A stretch of DNA of 64,000 nucleotides. Origin: Phaeosaccion multiseriatum (taxonomy: Eukaryota > Protista > Ochrophyta, other classes). The stretch covers positions 3,534,001 to 3,598,000 of the forward strand of contig OZ218957.1 in NCBI GenBank assembly GCA_965112735.1, read 5' to 3'. Positions 12,073 to 25,354 of the stretch are shown here, one piece after another. The notes under the pieces are model-generated. The model worked only from the letters and a program-made list of their open reading frames with translations. It was not told the DNA's origin and ran no database searches. Numbering within the stretch: position 1 is the first letter of the stretch; every line of letters starts with the position of its first letter. Position numbers and translations under genes: made by a program.

Positions 12073-15000
12073 GGTTTGTGTGGCCTCCCGCGTCGTTTAG
12101 ATTTGCTCGCTCCAACTCTATTTAGCGCCTCCATATTCGCAAAAACTCAAACTCAAACTCTCTTCTCCCCAATTAGGCTTTGGGCAACATCACACGTAGG
12201 CCACCAGGAAAATAAGACCCGGCACCCCGTCTCCCAAGAAAAAAAAACGAGATGGACTTGATCCAGGTAATAAGCAGCCCCAGTGCTAACAAGTTTGTGC
12301 CCAGTATCCTTTAAATTGTCCAGGCTGACACAGTTCATTGAAGACGAACTAGGAGCGAGCGGCTTTACCCTCATCGAGGTGAGTACATGAATGAATTTGT
12401 GGTCGGCGGGGATTGGCGGGACCGTCATTACACCAGAAGACCGTAGACCGTCACTCAGCCAGCAAGCGCCTTGGTTGTTGATCTCAAGGAAAAGGGTGTG
12501 AGCAAGGGGTGGAGCCTTCGCAATCGTTACAGAGGCAACCGTGACCTCTTGCTCTTCCCGTTGCTTATTGCGGTAGTCCTGCTGACCCCTATCAAGCAAC
12601 ACCCCGAAGGAGATACTGGCTGGAGGAACAAATGGGCCGCGTGTAAAGAGCAGGGACGATGAGCGGGTGCCCTTCTCTCTTAATGCCTCTCTGCTGCTGA
12701 TGGTGAACGACGGAGGGCAAGAACAAGGGTAGCTCAAGGGCTTGGTTGGTGCCAGCAGGCAATGGGACGGACGTCAAAGGCTCACCAAAAGACGGGGGAG
12801 GCAGGACACAGCCGGGCCAGGTCACATAAAATAAAGCAAGGTGCGTTTTTGCCGCCTTGCCCGTCTCGATCCCTCCAACGTCCCTCTCAGCATCAGGAAG
12901 CAATGGGCTATGAACAGGCAAGGCTTGGGAGTGGGTATCATCCTCTCGGGAGAGGCAGCTTGATGTAGTAATGGGAGATGCGCGAGAGAACGATGCGGTA
13001 GTCTACGTAACCGAGCAATTATTAGTAAGAGGGGGGGGGCAGACGCTACTTTCCTGATAATAAAGCAGGACTCACAAAAAAGGTGCCGGTGCGTATCGCT
13101 AATTGTCGAATGGATCGGGATAGGGCACGAGCCGGATGAGAAGATGTTGCTCTCTTTGCACAAGAGCCGGCCTCGCTTCCTTCGCTCGGGCAATACTATC
13201 CTCGAGGGGGGCAGTTGACCTCCTCCTGAGTGTGCCGGATCGGAAAAACAAGGGGTAAAGACAGTGAGTATCGAGAATGATTGACTACAGAAGGGACGCT
13301 CACCCCCTCCTCCCCTAAGCTCGAGAGCCTTGATGCTTGAAGAAGTGGAGCGGTTTCTCTGCCTCTTCCACGAACTTGAACATACGCGTCCAGCTCTCTG
13401 CAACAATTCGAGTAACTGTCGGCAGAAACGACCGTCGGGAAAAGATCGAGACGCCATATCTATGCTCTCCCTTTGCAGAGTATGACCATTACAGAAACTT
13501 TGACCCCCTGTCGAAGACGCTCGGTACACGCGCGGCATCAAAAAGACGGGACACTGAAACCGATGGTAAAGGACGGGCCAACAAACGGCAATCTGCACAG
13601 CAAGAACGAAATGGACTCAAGATTCGCAGCAGTTTCGCGAATTGCGGCCTGTTTTCAGAGGTTTGGAGGAGTTGGCGTTTGTTGGGGGGGACGGAGACCC
13701 ATCGCACGCACCACTCACGCACACACGCGCAAACCCACAGAACGCTTACCGGTGGAACGAGGATGCGAACCTTGTAAAACGACGTACGCACGACCGACAT
13801 GCGCTGTCGCCTACAGATAGGATAGAACTAGACACACGGACAAGGTAACAGCAACCCCAAAGCCAGCCTAGCAGCCAGCCTTGCCTCTATTAACTTATTG
13901 CATGCTAGTCCTAAACGACCACCTTCGCACATAGGATAGTGAGAGCCATGCCACCCGTTCTCACCGCATCTGTCTGGGCCTGGGCCATTGACTTATGGCC
14001 CATCTCATCTGAGGCCTTCCAACAACCTCGGTAGGAGGACCACTCGCACGCGGAACACCTGGGCCAGGGGGGCGTGGAGGGATAAATACATTCGGTGAGC
14101 CTGAGCTCTCTCCCTCCTCATTGCACGCCAAGCTCTGCTGTTCGTCACTCGTGAGTCACTTCTTACACCCCATGCCCCTTGCTTGTCCCAATCCTCGTCC
14201 GTCCACCCTCCCTGTTCGACTCTCCCTCACCTCTTGCTCATGGACGGGCAAAGTCAATGTCGGCGTGGGTTGGGGTCCCTTCCCCGCGCACTCGCCTACT
14301 TCTGCCCTCTGCTGCTCGTCTTTGCCCGCCGGCCCTTCTCGCTCCGCTCTCACTCCGCGCCCTCTTTTCCCTTTCTCATTCCGTACCCCCCTCGGCCGTC
14401 ACCCTCCCTCCTCACCTCATGCTTAGGGGAGGGCAAGGGCGAGGGAGTGCAGGGACAGGCGGGGGTCAGTTTTGGACACTCCCCTCCTCTCCTGCATAAA
14501 AACATATATGGCAGGCAGGCGACGCGTCTCCACGCGCCTCCACGCCATCCCTCCCTCTCCCCAATAATTTCACCCCAAGCTCTCCCCCCCTTCCTCTTGC
14601 CCATGGCTGGACGGAGGAGGTCTAGACACTCACTCTGCCGTCGAGCTGCTCCGGTCCGCCATGTCGCCAACCCCCCCCGTCGGTCTCCACCGCAGTGTCC
14701 GGGTCACTGTGACTCAGGAGTTGATGCTCGCCTTGCCGGTCCAGCCTGATTCGACGTGAAGGGGAGGGGGGGGGTGTTCAGAGGAGTGAAAGGACCCGAC
14801 GAGTGTTGTTTAGACGCCCAGCATTGCCCCAGCCAGGCAGTGTCCAAGTCAAGCCTCCGCCTGCTCCGCTTTACAAATGGGACCAGCCAGTTTGGATCTG
14901 CCACCGACCATGCTCAAGAAGAAGATATACCCAGTCAGGCAGTCCCACATCTCAGTCCAGCCAGTGTCGTACCTATAAAGTCTTGTTCCGTAACCTGGCT

Positions 15001-15121
15001 CTGGCTCTTGCACGTCCCAGCCACTCCTGTGGGAAAAAATAAGGGACAGTATTTAGGGGTCGAACGTTTCGGTAGCGCCAACCCCCCGGTGCGAAGGTGT
15101 AGGGCTCAAGGAACCCACCTT

Positions 15122-15215
15122 TTGTTACGATATAAGGCATCCCAATATGCCTTCAGTATTATCCGAACGTTTGGATAATACTGAAGGCATATTGGGATGC
15201 CATATATCGTAACAA
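15122..15215. repeat. 94-bp near-perfect palindrome (47+47 bp, 2 mismatches)
   Basis: ttgttacgatataaggcatcccaatatgccttcagtattatccgaac | gtttggataatactgaaggcatattgggatgccatatatcgtaacaa. Confidence 0.95.
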
Positions 15216-15939
15216 CTCCTCCCTGGCTGCTGGCCTCCTTTCTTCGTTCAGCCGCAGTAGGTAGTCTTCCCGTACCAAAGATTTGCTCCTCGCTGCCGTC
15301 GTCTCTCAGCACCCTCGAGAAGCCACAGCGCCACCCCCCTGACGCCCGCTACGGAGCCAGAGCCCGGCGGCTCTCCCCGTGCGTCCCGCCACAAAGACCT
15401 GACGCATGCGATTCCGGCGGGCTCCGCAGCGAAGCCTAGTGTAGCCTCTGCGGCGACCGAGGGATTCACCCGAGAGCAAGCCTGCTGCCGGCCGCTCTAA
15501 CACAACCATGCTCCAGCTCTCCGCCTGAGTGGCACATTCCAACAAAAAATTTGAATTGTTTCCGGAATCACAGACCCGAAACGTCCAAATCACCAACACC
15601 CGTAGAAAAGCCGAAAATGCCCTCCCTCCCCTCACTCATGTTTTCCACACCAAGCTCCTCGAACATGAACTCGTAGAAGCTACGCTTCTGCATACGCCGT
15701 GCCAAGACTACTTCTCTGCGATTCCAACCGTCCGCCGCAGACTTCCGCCTTACTAGCCCGACATTACAACCAACACAAAACCCCTCAACCCTGCTGTCCA
15801 GAAAAGCGAACGAGACCCATATCTCACGCTCTACTGCACCAAACCACGGACCACCAAGCACGATAGCAAGATAATGTGCTATTCTCACTACTACCGCAAG
15901 TAAGTCGCGCAAGCACACCCTCTCCCATTCCCCACGTTC

Positions 15940-16718
15940 ATGCCGCTCACGAGCCCAAACGCCGAAAAATCCATCACCTGCTCCTCTGCATCACAGGTAG
16001 GTAGGCCCCAAATCCCACTCCATAGCTTTTGGGAACGACCAAAAGCCGTGCCTTCCTTGTGGTATAGAGGAGGTGGATGGGGGGACATGACTTTAAGCTC
16101 CCCCCTCCGGACCTACCTGCCTCGCTGAAGAAGATCAGGTTTGGCAGAGAGTTCACTCAGCGCGTGGTCCTCCTTCCTCGTGGTGTAGAGGAGGTGGAGA
16201 TGACTTTTATTCTCCCTCTGGACCTGCCTGCCTTACTGAAGAAAATCGTTTTAGGCGAGAACTTCACTCAGCGCGTGGTCCTCCTTCCTTGTGTGGATGG
16301 GGGGAGATGACTTTAATCTCCCTCTGGACCTACCTGCCTCGCTGAAGAAGGTCAGGTTTGGCAGAGAGTTCACTACTCAGCGTGTGATGGGGTTGTAACT
16401 TTCACCTCTCTCTGGAGCTACCTGCCTCGCTGAAGAAGAGCCATTTCGCCTGTGACTACAAGTTCAATACCTCCTTCTGGACCCGGCTGTGACGAGAAGT
16501 TCATTCCTTGCGGAGTGGAGGAGGCGCAGATGGGAAGGCACAGCTGTATCCTCCCTCTGGATCTGCCTACTTGTCTGCGGACGCTGGTGCTGGGGCGCCC
16601 TTTGGAGGGCCTGCCTACGGGCCTGGAGGAGCTTACGGTTCGGAGGGACTACCCGCTGCCTGCAGATGTACCAGAGGGGCTGGAGGTGGGGGGGGGGGGC
16701 ACTCGAGGCCGAGAATGA
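15940..16718 (+). pseudogene. FNIP/IP22-type leucine-rich repeat gene remnant
   Basis: Repeats DLPASLKKIRFGREFTQRV, DLPALLKKIVLGENFTQRV, DLPTCLRTLVLG and GLPTGLEELTV. About 4 DNA-level repeats of ~110 bp, interrupted by frameshifts and stops. Confidence 0.7.
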
Positions 16719-17599
16719 AAAGTCAGGGGCGAGGCTGGACAGGAGGACAAGTCGACTCACAGGAGAGCAGGGGGGGGGGACGGAGCTGTGCCTTGAAAGT
16801 GAAGCGCCAAGGCGGATCAGGGTCAGAGTCAGAGGGTCAGGGCCGCCCTCATTCCCTGCTGGTTCATGTGTAGCAACGCTGACAGTGTGCTTGGGAACAG
16901 CAGCAGCGGCAGGAAGAGCAAGGGGGAGCGGCAGGAGAGGCGATGCGGAAGAGGAGGGGGGTGGGAGGACGTTTGGGACGCTCCAGGACGGTCTCGGACG
17001 CCCTCATGGCTACCGAAGAGGAAAGCCTTACCGTCCCTCACCATGGATTTGAGGCGCAGAAGAAAGGGCAAGGACGGTGGACAGGAGGAGGGGAAGACAT
17101 GTCTTTCTCAATAGAATGTGCTGTTTGGATGTAGCTGGCTCCGGTGTCCGAGCCACCAGCAGCCGCAGGAGGAGGGAGGAGGTGGTCACAGCGGCCGATC
17201 AAGACCACAACTTTCAAAGCCCGGGGAGCCAGGAGGTGCGTTGGGCAAGTCGGTGGGGCGAGGACCACAGGTGGGTCCATTGGCAGGGAGGGACGAGGAG
17301 CAGAGAGGAAGTTATACACACCTTCGGCCTTGCTCTTTGCCTTTTTGTTGGTCTTTCGTGTCATGTCACCCCCTTCGCCCCTCCCCTCCGCCTACATGGG
17401 CCTAGGTCAGTTGCGCGTGCAGGAGCGAGGGCAAGGTGGAGGGGGCGCCTTGCCTGTACGAAAGGGGCGTGCTCCACTAGACTTTCTTGCACGAGCTGCA
17501 CGATGTGTGGCATGACTTGTCTGCTTGTGGCCAAGGAGCACCTCGCTGCCAAGGAGGAGCTGGGGATAGGGGACGAGGAGTCAAGGAGGAGGGGAGGGG

Positions 17600-17730
17600 A
17601 CGGAGGGCAAGTGCCTGTCGGTCACCAAGGAGAACAGGGCCAACTATGTGCGGCGCCATGTCAAGTACACGCTGGAGGACGCTATCCAGCTGCAGTTCGC
17701 CGCATTCAACAAGGGCTTCCACAAGGTTGT
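17600..17730 (+). pseudogene. HECT E3 ligase domain fragment
   Basis: From 17621 it reads VTKENRANYVRRHVKYTLEDAIQLQFAAFNKGFHKV, the typical HECT VTxEN.xEYV...QFxAFxxGF segment. It is isolated, with no catalytic C-lobe seen. Confidence 0.75.
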
Positions 17731-18737
17731 TCGCTAGGGGCAGGAGCTCTTTTGCCTCTCAGATCCTCGCAGTCTCCTCCGTCTCTTCAGCTCCCTCTCT
17801 CAGGCTCTCTCTCTCTCTCTTTTTTTTTCAACTCCTGCAACTGATGGATGCGATTGCGTACCTCCCTACCCCCCCCCCCACTTTCTGTATGCTCATCAGG
17901 CGCAGAGGAAAGTCCGGCGTTACTCTTGGCAGCAGAATGAGATATAAGTAAGCGTCAATGAGGAGGGGAGCGGCGCATCAGTCGCAGGGGCCAGGGAAGC
18001 TAAGGAGCTTTTGGATGCGTTCACCACAATAAAATGTCATCGTTCCGTTCAATCATGGTGCCTCCCTGTCTGGGCAGTGCGTTGCTCGTCTGTGCAGCCA
18101 AGCACCCAGCAGGGGGCGACGGTCCCGATATAGCCGAATAGCTAGCTCAATAATAATTGGAAGAATGTCTCAAGCCCAAAGGGGTTGCTAGGCAGGCCGA
18201 GCAAAAGCCTCTACCGCCCGTCCGTCCTCTCCCTCCTCCAAAAAGTGTGCCGTGTGCGCGCCTCTTGCCTGCCGCGCGCCTGGGTAGCTGTACAAAAAGT
18301 CCCCCCGTGAGCTTGATATGTAGACGCTGTGGGAGTCAGTCGTCCCACTAGCGACACGCCCCAGTCTCTGCGTCGTGACACGTCACCACAAGGAGTAGCG
18401 CCTGCGACGAGGCACGGGGTGGGGGCAGGGTGAAGCGAGCAGCAAGTCTCTCAGCATCACCCACCACACAGCCAGCTCGAGAGAGCCAGCTCGAGAGGCC
18501 AGCAGGCCACAGCACCACAGACTTGCTTACCCCGAGGCGAGCGACGCGTCCGGCGGAGTGGACGACCCCGGGGGGCGCGGCTGCTTCTCAGACTGTGCAC
18601 CAATCAGCCCCTGCTGCGGGGCCAGGCCGGGCTGATTCTCCTTCTGCGCCGTCGAAGAGTAGCGAGCTCCCTGTGCATCGAGGAGGAGAGAGGGAGGGCC
18701 TGAGGCAATCAATCGTCAGAGAGACATTTGCATAGTA

Positions 18738-19664
18738 CTATTTGCGCGGGTGTCGCGCGGCGCGTTTCTGCTGCGGACAAGTCCAGGCCGCACACACTGC
18801 CGCCCCCCGCCCCGAGTAAGATGTGCCCTCCCAAAGCCCGTCCCCGCTCCTGCCTGCCTGCCTTACCTCGTCGGCCGCACCAGCGCCGTGGTCCTCTTCT
18901 AGCGACAAGCGCGAGAGCAGCGATGTCTGCGGCAGAGCGAGGCGAGAAAGGAAAAGCAACACACAGCAGCCAGTGGTGGGGCAAGAGTCAGCAGAGAAAG
19001 AGAGTAGAGACATGTAGCTACCACCACGCACCAGCCCAGGCATTCTGTGAAGCTCGGTGTGTCCCCCGCCCCTGTCTCTGTCTCTGTCTCCCTCCCTCGC
19101 CCGCTGCCGCTGCTGCTCGACGACGTGAGGCTCGGCGTGGTGGGCCGTGGACGCCGCCGGCAGACAAGGCCCCGGCACGCGAGAAAAGCCCGGAGGACAC
19201 TGAGTCTGTCGAGCGGGGTCCAGACGACGGGGGGGAGGAGAAGAGCTTCCGCGCAGAGCGGAGGGGCCCAGCTGCTCGGGCAGGGCGGTGGCCAGAGAAG
19301 CCAGGAGCTCCGAATCGACGTGCGGTGCGTTGTTGCTGGTCCAACTTGCACCCCTTCGATTCTCGTCGGGGGAGTCCCACAGCATCGAGAGCGCCGCAGA
19401 AACACCGAGGTCGAAGGGCGGCACCGCGCTCGGGTCCACGGAGGGGGGGCTGCGCCATGCCCCCGACTCGTCGTGTGTGTGTGTGTGCTCCTCCCCCTTC
19501 ACGCCCCTGGACCAAGCCGTCAAGTTGGAAGAGGCAAGGCCGGGAGAGCAGGCACCGGCAGGACCAGCAGCGTGAGCGGCAGGCATCACATGCTGATGCT
19601 GGTGTCTGTGAGACTCGCCCAAGGGCTGCCTCCCTGACTGCTGGTGCTGCTGGTGCTGCTGGTG

Positions 19665-19715
<51 letters not shown>

Positions 19716-20572
19716 GTGGTGGTAGTGGTGGGGGTAAGGCTGCAGCGGGTGATGAGGTTGGGGGAACCGCTGGGACTGGTGCTGGGGGGGGCGAAGCGGA
19801 GCATTGCTCGAAGGCTGGAACGGTTGCTGGTGCACGTGACGAAAGAGCTGCTGGTGCTGCTGCTGCTGGTGGTGGTGCTGCTGATGGTGGAGATGCTGCT
19901 GGTGCTGGTGCTGCATCTGTTGATGGTGCTGCTGCAGCTGTTGGTGATGGGGAATCTGATGCCGATGGTGATGCTGAGCATACGACAGCGGCATGTTGGT
20001 CGGCAAAGGGTGCAGCGCTGACTGCAGCAATGGGTCACGCTGCTGCTGATGCACGGAGGACGGCACCGCACCGCGGCCGTGCGCATCACAAAGCCCCGGC
20101 CCAGCCCCATGCCATGCCTGCGGGGGGCACTGAGTCAGCGGCCCCGCGCGGAAGGAAGCAAGTCCCATATTCTCCTGACTGGGAGCCTGAGGAGAGGGCT
20201 GCGCGGGGCGAATCGTATCGGTGTGGCGGCGGCAGCAGAGCGGCAGAGCGGCGTGAGGAAGCAGGCAGAGTGAGTGTCAAAGCCCTCGAGTGGCCGCTTT
20301 GCTTACTTGGGGGGAGGGCGGGAGGTGCTCTTCCATCTGTCGGTGGTGCTGGCGAAGCAGGTCCTGATGCCACTCTAGCTCCGCTTGCTCCACGTCGTGC
20401 TCCTCGTGTTCCTGGTGCCTCGTCTCAGATGGCGGGGCGGCTTTCCTCTGCTGCGGCGGCGGGGCCACCCTCCTGCGTCGCCCGACGTAGTGCCATTCTT
20501 CTTCCTGCTGCCTCCCGGCCTCGCTGCCACCCTCACCCTCAATGCTGTTTTGCTCAGATCGACCCCCATCCG

Positions 20573-20606
<34 letters not shown>

Positions 20607-23600
20607 ATGGTAGACGTGGAGCGTTTCCAGCGAAGGGCGATGGACAGAGCGCGACTCATCCAGCACCCCTTCCCCTCCCCCTGCGGCTGTCGCCGATGAG
20701 GCCACTCCCTGGGGGGAAGGCTCGGCGCTGGCCGGGCGTTGCTCGCCGGGGTCCGAGCCGGAGCCGAGCACAGACACCCGCGAGCGAGAAGAGGAGGACG
20801 CAGGAGGGGGGCTTGGAGGAAAGCTCCCCTCGGAGGCGTACGTGGAAGGAGCGCTGGCGTTGTGGGCGCTCTGTCCTGCCGCGGCCATGATGGAGGCCTG
20901 CAGCACGGCGGCGGAGGGCTCTGCGTGGCGGAAGAGCAGCTTGGCCCAGTCGTGCTGGCGGAGGTTCAGGCCGCACTCTCTCATCGTCGCCTGCGTGCGA
21001 GGAGGGCAGATTGTTGGCCCAGCAGGGGAGGAAGCAAAGGAAGGGCTTGAGGGCGGCATACAGCAGGGGAGGCATGTATGTATGTGCAAGTCACTCACAC
21101 ACCTTGAGGTAGTTGTTGAGGCAGTCCCCGAGCTCCGTGGCGCTCTGAATGGAGCGGTCCAAGCGGAGGCAGTGCACGTACGGGAGGGGCGGGGGGGGCG
21201 GGCAGAAGGCCGGCATACCGCTTGCCACCCTCCCTCGGCCTGAGGCGCCCGTGGCGTCCGCAGCGAAGGGTCTGGTTTGAAGCAAAAGACAGACGACGCG
21301 TGATTACGGCCGTGAATCGCTAGTCATAGAGCAGAGCACGACGAGAGAGGAGGGGGGAGGGTTCCGCCCTCGCGCAGGCACGCACCTTTCCTCCTTGACG
21401 GCGCGGACGCCCTTGGAGAACTTGATCATGTTGAGGGCCCCGCGCAGCTTGCTCTTGCTGAAAGGGTTCTTGACCGCCTCCCGCCTGCCCCGCGGCGCGC
21501 CCCCCATCGCCGGCCCCGCCGCCGCCACCCTGCAAGCCGAGCGGTACCTCTGCTCCATCTCGAGGAACAGTATCTCCAGCAGCCGCTTCTCCTCCACCCC
21601 GGGCAGCAAGCGCTCCTTGTCCTGCGAGAGCTGATCGAACACCAGGCGTAGCACCATCTCGTGAAGCGCCACGGGCTGCAAAAAGTCTGCCCCCTTCTTC
21701 CTAATGGCCGCAAGGAAGCCCAGCAGACCGATCACTCGAGCGGGCGGCGCGCGAGGGCCACTGACAGCAGCAGTGGTCAGGGCTGTTGTGGCCTGTTGAC
21801 TCGCGGGCTCTACGCCGCCGCCCTCCTTGCCACCGTCCTCGGGCTTGCTGTCTGGAGGAGTGCTGTTTCGACTGCTGCCGCCATCGCAGCTCGGCGCGGT
21901 GGTGCTCGCCGTGGCGGTGGGGCTTGATGCACGATGATCGTGGGCTGTGCGTGCCGCCGCCACTGCCGCCGCCGACAGTCCAAAGGCGTCCACTAGGGAG
22001 AGCCACAGCCCGTCCCGCTCGCGGCTGTCCATCAGTGCGCGCTCACTCTGCAGCTTGGCTCCTCCCATCACGCTCCCAGGCGCCCACGAGCAGGGCTCGG
22101 TCTCAGAGACAGAGGAGGAAGCGCGGAGGCTCCTCTCTCCGCCGCCGCCACCGCTGTTGCTGGCGTGCAGCATGGGGCACACGTCTCCGAGCTGGCACGG
22201 CGCGTAGCCCGAGGACCCCTGAGTCGTGCAGAAGGCATGCGACAAGTCACGATTGGGATGGAGCGTGGTCTCTAGCCTCTTTCATGGGCAAGCAGAGGAG
22301 ATGAGCTCACCTTGGGGGCCAGCAGCGCCTGCTGGTCGATGAAGCAAATCGTTTTCTTGTAGTTGCTGGGGTGGTAGTGCATCTCCTCGAAGGAGTGCGC
22401 CAGCGGGCACGCCTCGCCCTTGGGGCAGTTGTTGCTGTAGCCCTCACCCTGGGGGGAGAGGGATGAATGGACAGGGTGAGCGAGCATCTCCTCGCGCATG
22501 TCAGGCATTCTCTCCCACACACCTGGTTGGCGAAGACAACGTCGGGGCAGCGGATGGGCGCGTAGTCGATTAGGGCGGGGTTCCTCCTGAGCCAGCCCCC
22601 GTTGAGCTCGTCGTGCGCGAACCAGCACGTCTGCGGTAGGTGGGGGCTGTTGCGGCGGCACACACACGTCCTGGCAGGGGAGGATGGCAATAGAAACAGT
22701 GGGACAGTGCGTAGTTATTGGAGTGTGAGTCCCGCGATTTGGTCGGCAAGGCAAGCAGTGAGCAAAGTCGCAGATGCGGCGCGCGTGCTCTCCTCTCACC
22801 TAAAGATGCCGAGTTGCTCGTCGCTCAGACGGCCGTTCACCGCCACTCCAAGAGACGCGCTTGCTTCTCCTTGAGCCTCCATCGAGGACGTCGAAGGGCC
22901 CGGGGCGGGCAGTGACGGCGCACCTGCAACCACCCTGGCCAAGCTACTGCTGCCGCCGCTACCAGTGTCGACGGTGAGGATGGCAGCCGACGAAGGGCGG
23001 GCCGGCGACGACGTTGCGAGGTGCTGCTCAGCCTCCCCTCCCCCCGCCACGCTACCGGTCGGGCTGTGGGCGCGAGGGATGTAGCGGGGAGGCAGCTGCA
23101 GATCAGGGTAGCGCGCGTGTGCGTCGCTGCCCAGGAACTCCACCCATTCGTCGCGGGAGAGCTGAATGTTGGCGTCTGCGGCGATACGCATCACATAGCG
23201 ACTGAGGAAGGGGGGCGGCGAGGGAGGAGGTCGTTGGGGGGAGTAAGTGGTCTGCAGAGAACAGCCATGAATACATACAAACCCAAACTCTTAGCCCTAT
23301 ACATACCTGTGCATGGCGATCATCTTGTCGACGGAGGTGATCTTGGGCATGAGTGTGAACACGGCCCCGACCCCGCCCATGGCACCCAAGGTCTCGTCCG
23401 GCGCCACCTCCGCGTGCTGCGTGTGGCCCTCGTCTCCCTTCGCGCTGACCCTCGCAACGTCGTGGTGGCACTCACCCTCCTCGTCTCGTTCGTCGTCCTC
23501 CTCGTCTTGCTCCTTCAGGACTTGCTGGCCTACTGAGAACGCCTCTGCCCTTCGCAAGGCGTCGCCGCGCAAGGCCAGCTCCGGGGAGCCCTGCTCTGCC

Positions 23601-25354
23601 GACACATACCCAGCGCTGCTTCCGCTCCCCGCCCGGCTGCTGGAGGCGTTGCTGCCGCTGCTGCCGTAGCCCGCCGCGGCCGCCATCCGCTCCTCGCACT
23701 GCCCCTCCGGGCGCTCCCTTCTCAACCTGATCATGTCTGACCACGACCCGTCCTTGCGCGGCACCTCCGGACTGCTGCCCTTACCCATCGCGATGAGGTC
23801 CTGGCGAGAGCAGGGGGATGGGTACGGCGCGGGGGTCTTTGGCTTCCTCACGGGCGTGACGGTCGCAGGAGGAGCGGCGAGACCCGTCTTTACGGAGAGG
23901 ATGGGAGCCCCGTGCGCCCTTGCTGCTGCTCCTCCTGCTGCTGCCGGGGTGGTGGTGCCGGTGGCGGGGGTCTCCGCGGTGGAGGGCGTCAGAGCCGCGG
24001 AGAAGGCCAGCGCCCGAGGCGTCGAGGGAGTGTCGACCTCCTCCTCCTCTTTCTCCTTGTTCTCTTCTTCGGCGTGGGGCTCCGAGTCGATAAAGAGGCG
24101 CGCCAGAGGGTAGGAGGCGGAGGCCCGCGGGGCAGCAGCGCCCTCAGTAGGAGGAGCGCCGTGGCTGGCAACTGCAGCGGCGTAGCTGGCGCCAAGATGA
24201 GGTCCTTCGCCGCTGTCGCCCGAAGGAGAGGGAGGGGCGTCCCAGTGCTGCTGGTTGGATGCGCCGCATCCGAGGGCGGGGGGGGGGCGGGCGGAGGGGC
24301 TTGGCGGGTCCCGATGCCTCAGCACCAAACACGAGCGGACGATGGCTTGGAAGATCTGCGTGCAGGGGCCGGAGACGAGGAGGACCACGCGGGGGAGAAA
24401 GAGAGAGTTGGATAACGCCTCAGAATATTGTCTACAAGCACGACCAACGCGCCTCTCCTTGCTCCTTGCCCTTGCTCTCGCCTCCCTGACCTTCCTGGCT
24501 CACCTTGTTGACCTTGTTCTTGCTCATGCGCCCGTTGCACAGGCTGGGCTCCAGCACCTCCAGCAAGCGCAGCTGCAGGCTCTTGCGGTACATTGGGGGG
24601 CCTTCTCCTCGAGCAAGTCGAGAACGCCCCTCCTCCTCGCAACCGAGGCCCAGCGCAGAGGTGAGGCCGTGCTGCTGCTGCTGCTGCCGTCTGTACTCGT
24701 GCTCTAGCTCCTTGATGATGCCCCACGCGGCGCGCACGACTTCGTTGGAGTATGGCTCCAGGGTGAGTGATTGCCTCTGCGGGGAGAGAACAGCAGGGGA
24801 GGGGGAAAGGGAGGGTCAGGTCCGGCAGGGGAAGGAAGGGCAGGAGGAGATCAGTAAACAGGTTGGGAGAAGGCGGGCGCTGGCAAGAGATCGGCGAGCT
24901 TCAGCAGTGAACTTACTCGCATCGCAGCAAGGACCGCGCAGAAGCGCGCCCCCTTGCTGACGCTGCTGCCTCTTCGGCTTCTGGGAGAGCTCTTGAGGTA
25001 GACATCGCCTCTGTCTCTCTGGCGGTGGCTGCTGCTGCTTGTTCCCGCGCCAGCGAAGAGAGAATGGACATGATTGAGGGAGGCGTGTGGCGGAGGCAAC
25101 AAAGCAATAGCGGAAAGGGTGAGGAGGAGGGAAAGGCAAGTGGGGACATGACAAGGTTACGGTAACGTGTCCATGCTCCCTGTCTCTGTGTTGCTGCTGA
25201 TGCTGAAAAGAGTGAACTTCAGGCCGACGAGCGGGAACATTTGACTCAAGCTCCGCTTGATGGTCCGAAGGCCTCGAACAATGGGCAGTGCGACACACAA
25301 CATCGCTCCTTCACGCACCCACCTTCCTGGTGAGATCCTTTGTAGCTGCGGCAT
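18738..25354 (-). CDS. Multi-exon Unkempt-like CCCH zinc-finger protein with Q/H-rich C-terminus (ends approximate)
   Basis: Exons encode TCWFAHDE...LRRNP..IDYAPIRCP, NCPKGEACPLAHSFEEMHYHPSNYKKTIC and CQLGDVCPMLH. GT-AG introns throughout. Confidence 0.75.

Noticed and set aside
12153-13800. ORFs upstream of gene A as a possible transposase or helicase
   Set aside because: No DDE, HUH, RT or P-loop motifs recognisable in the frames examined.
18728-20890. 720-aa + strand ORF and many other long overlapping ORFs
   Set aside because: Antisense or shadow frames of GC-rich, microsatellite-rich coding regions.
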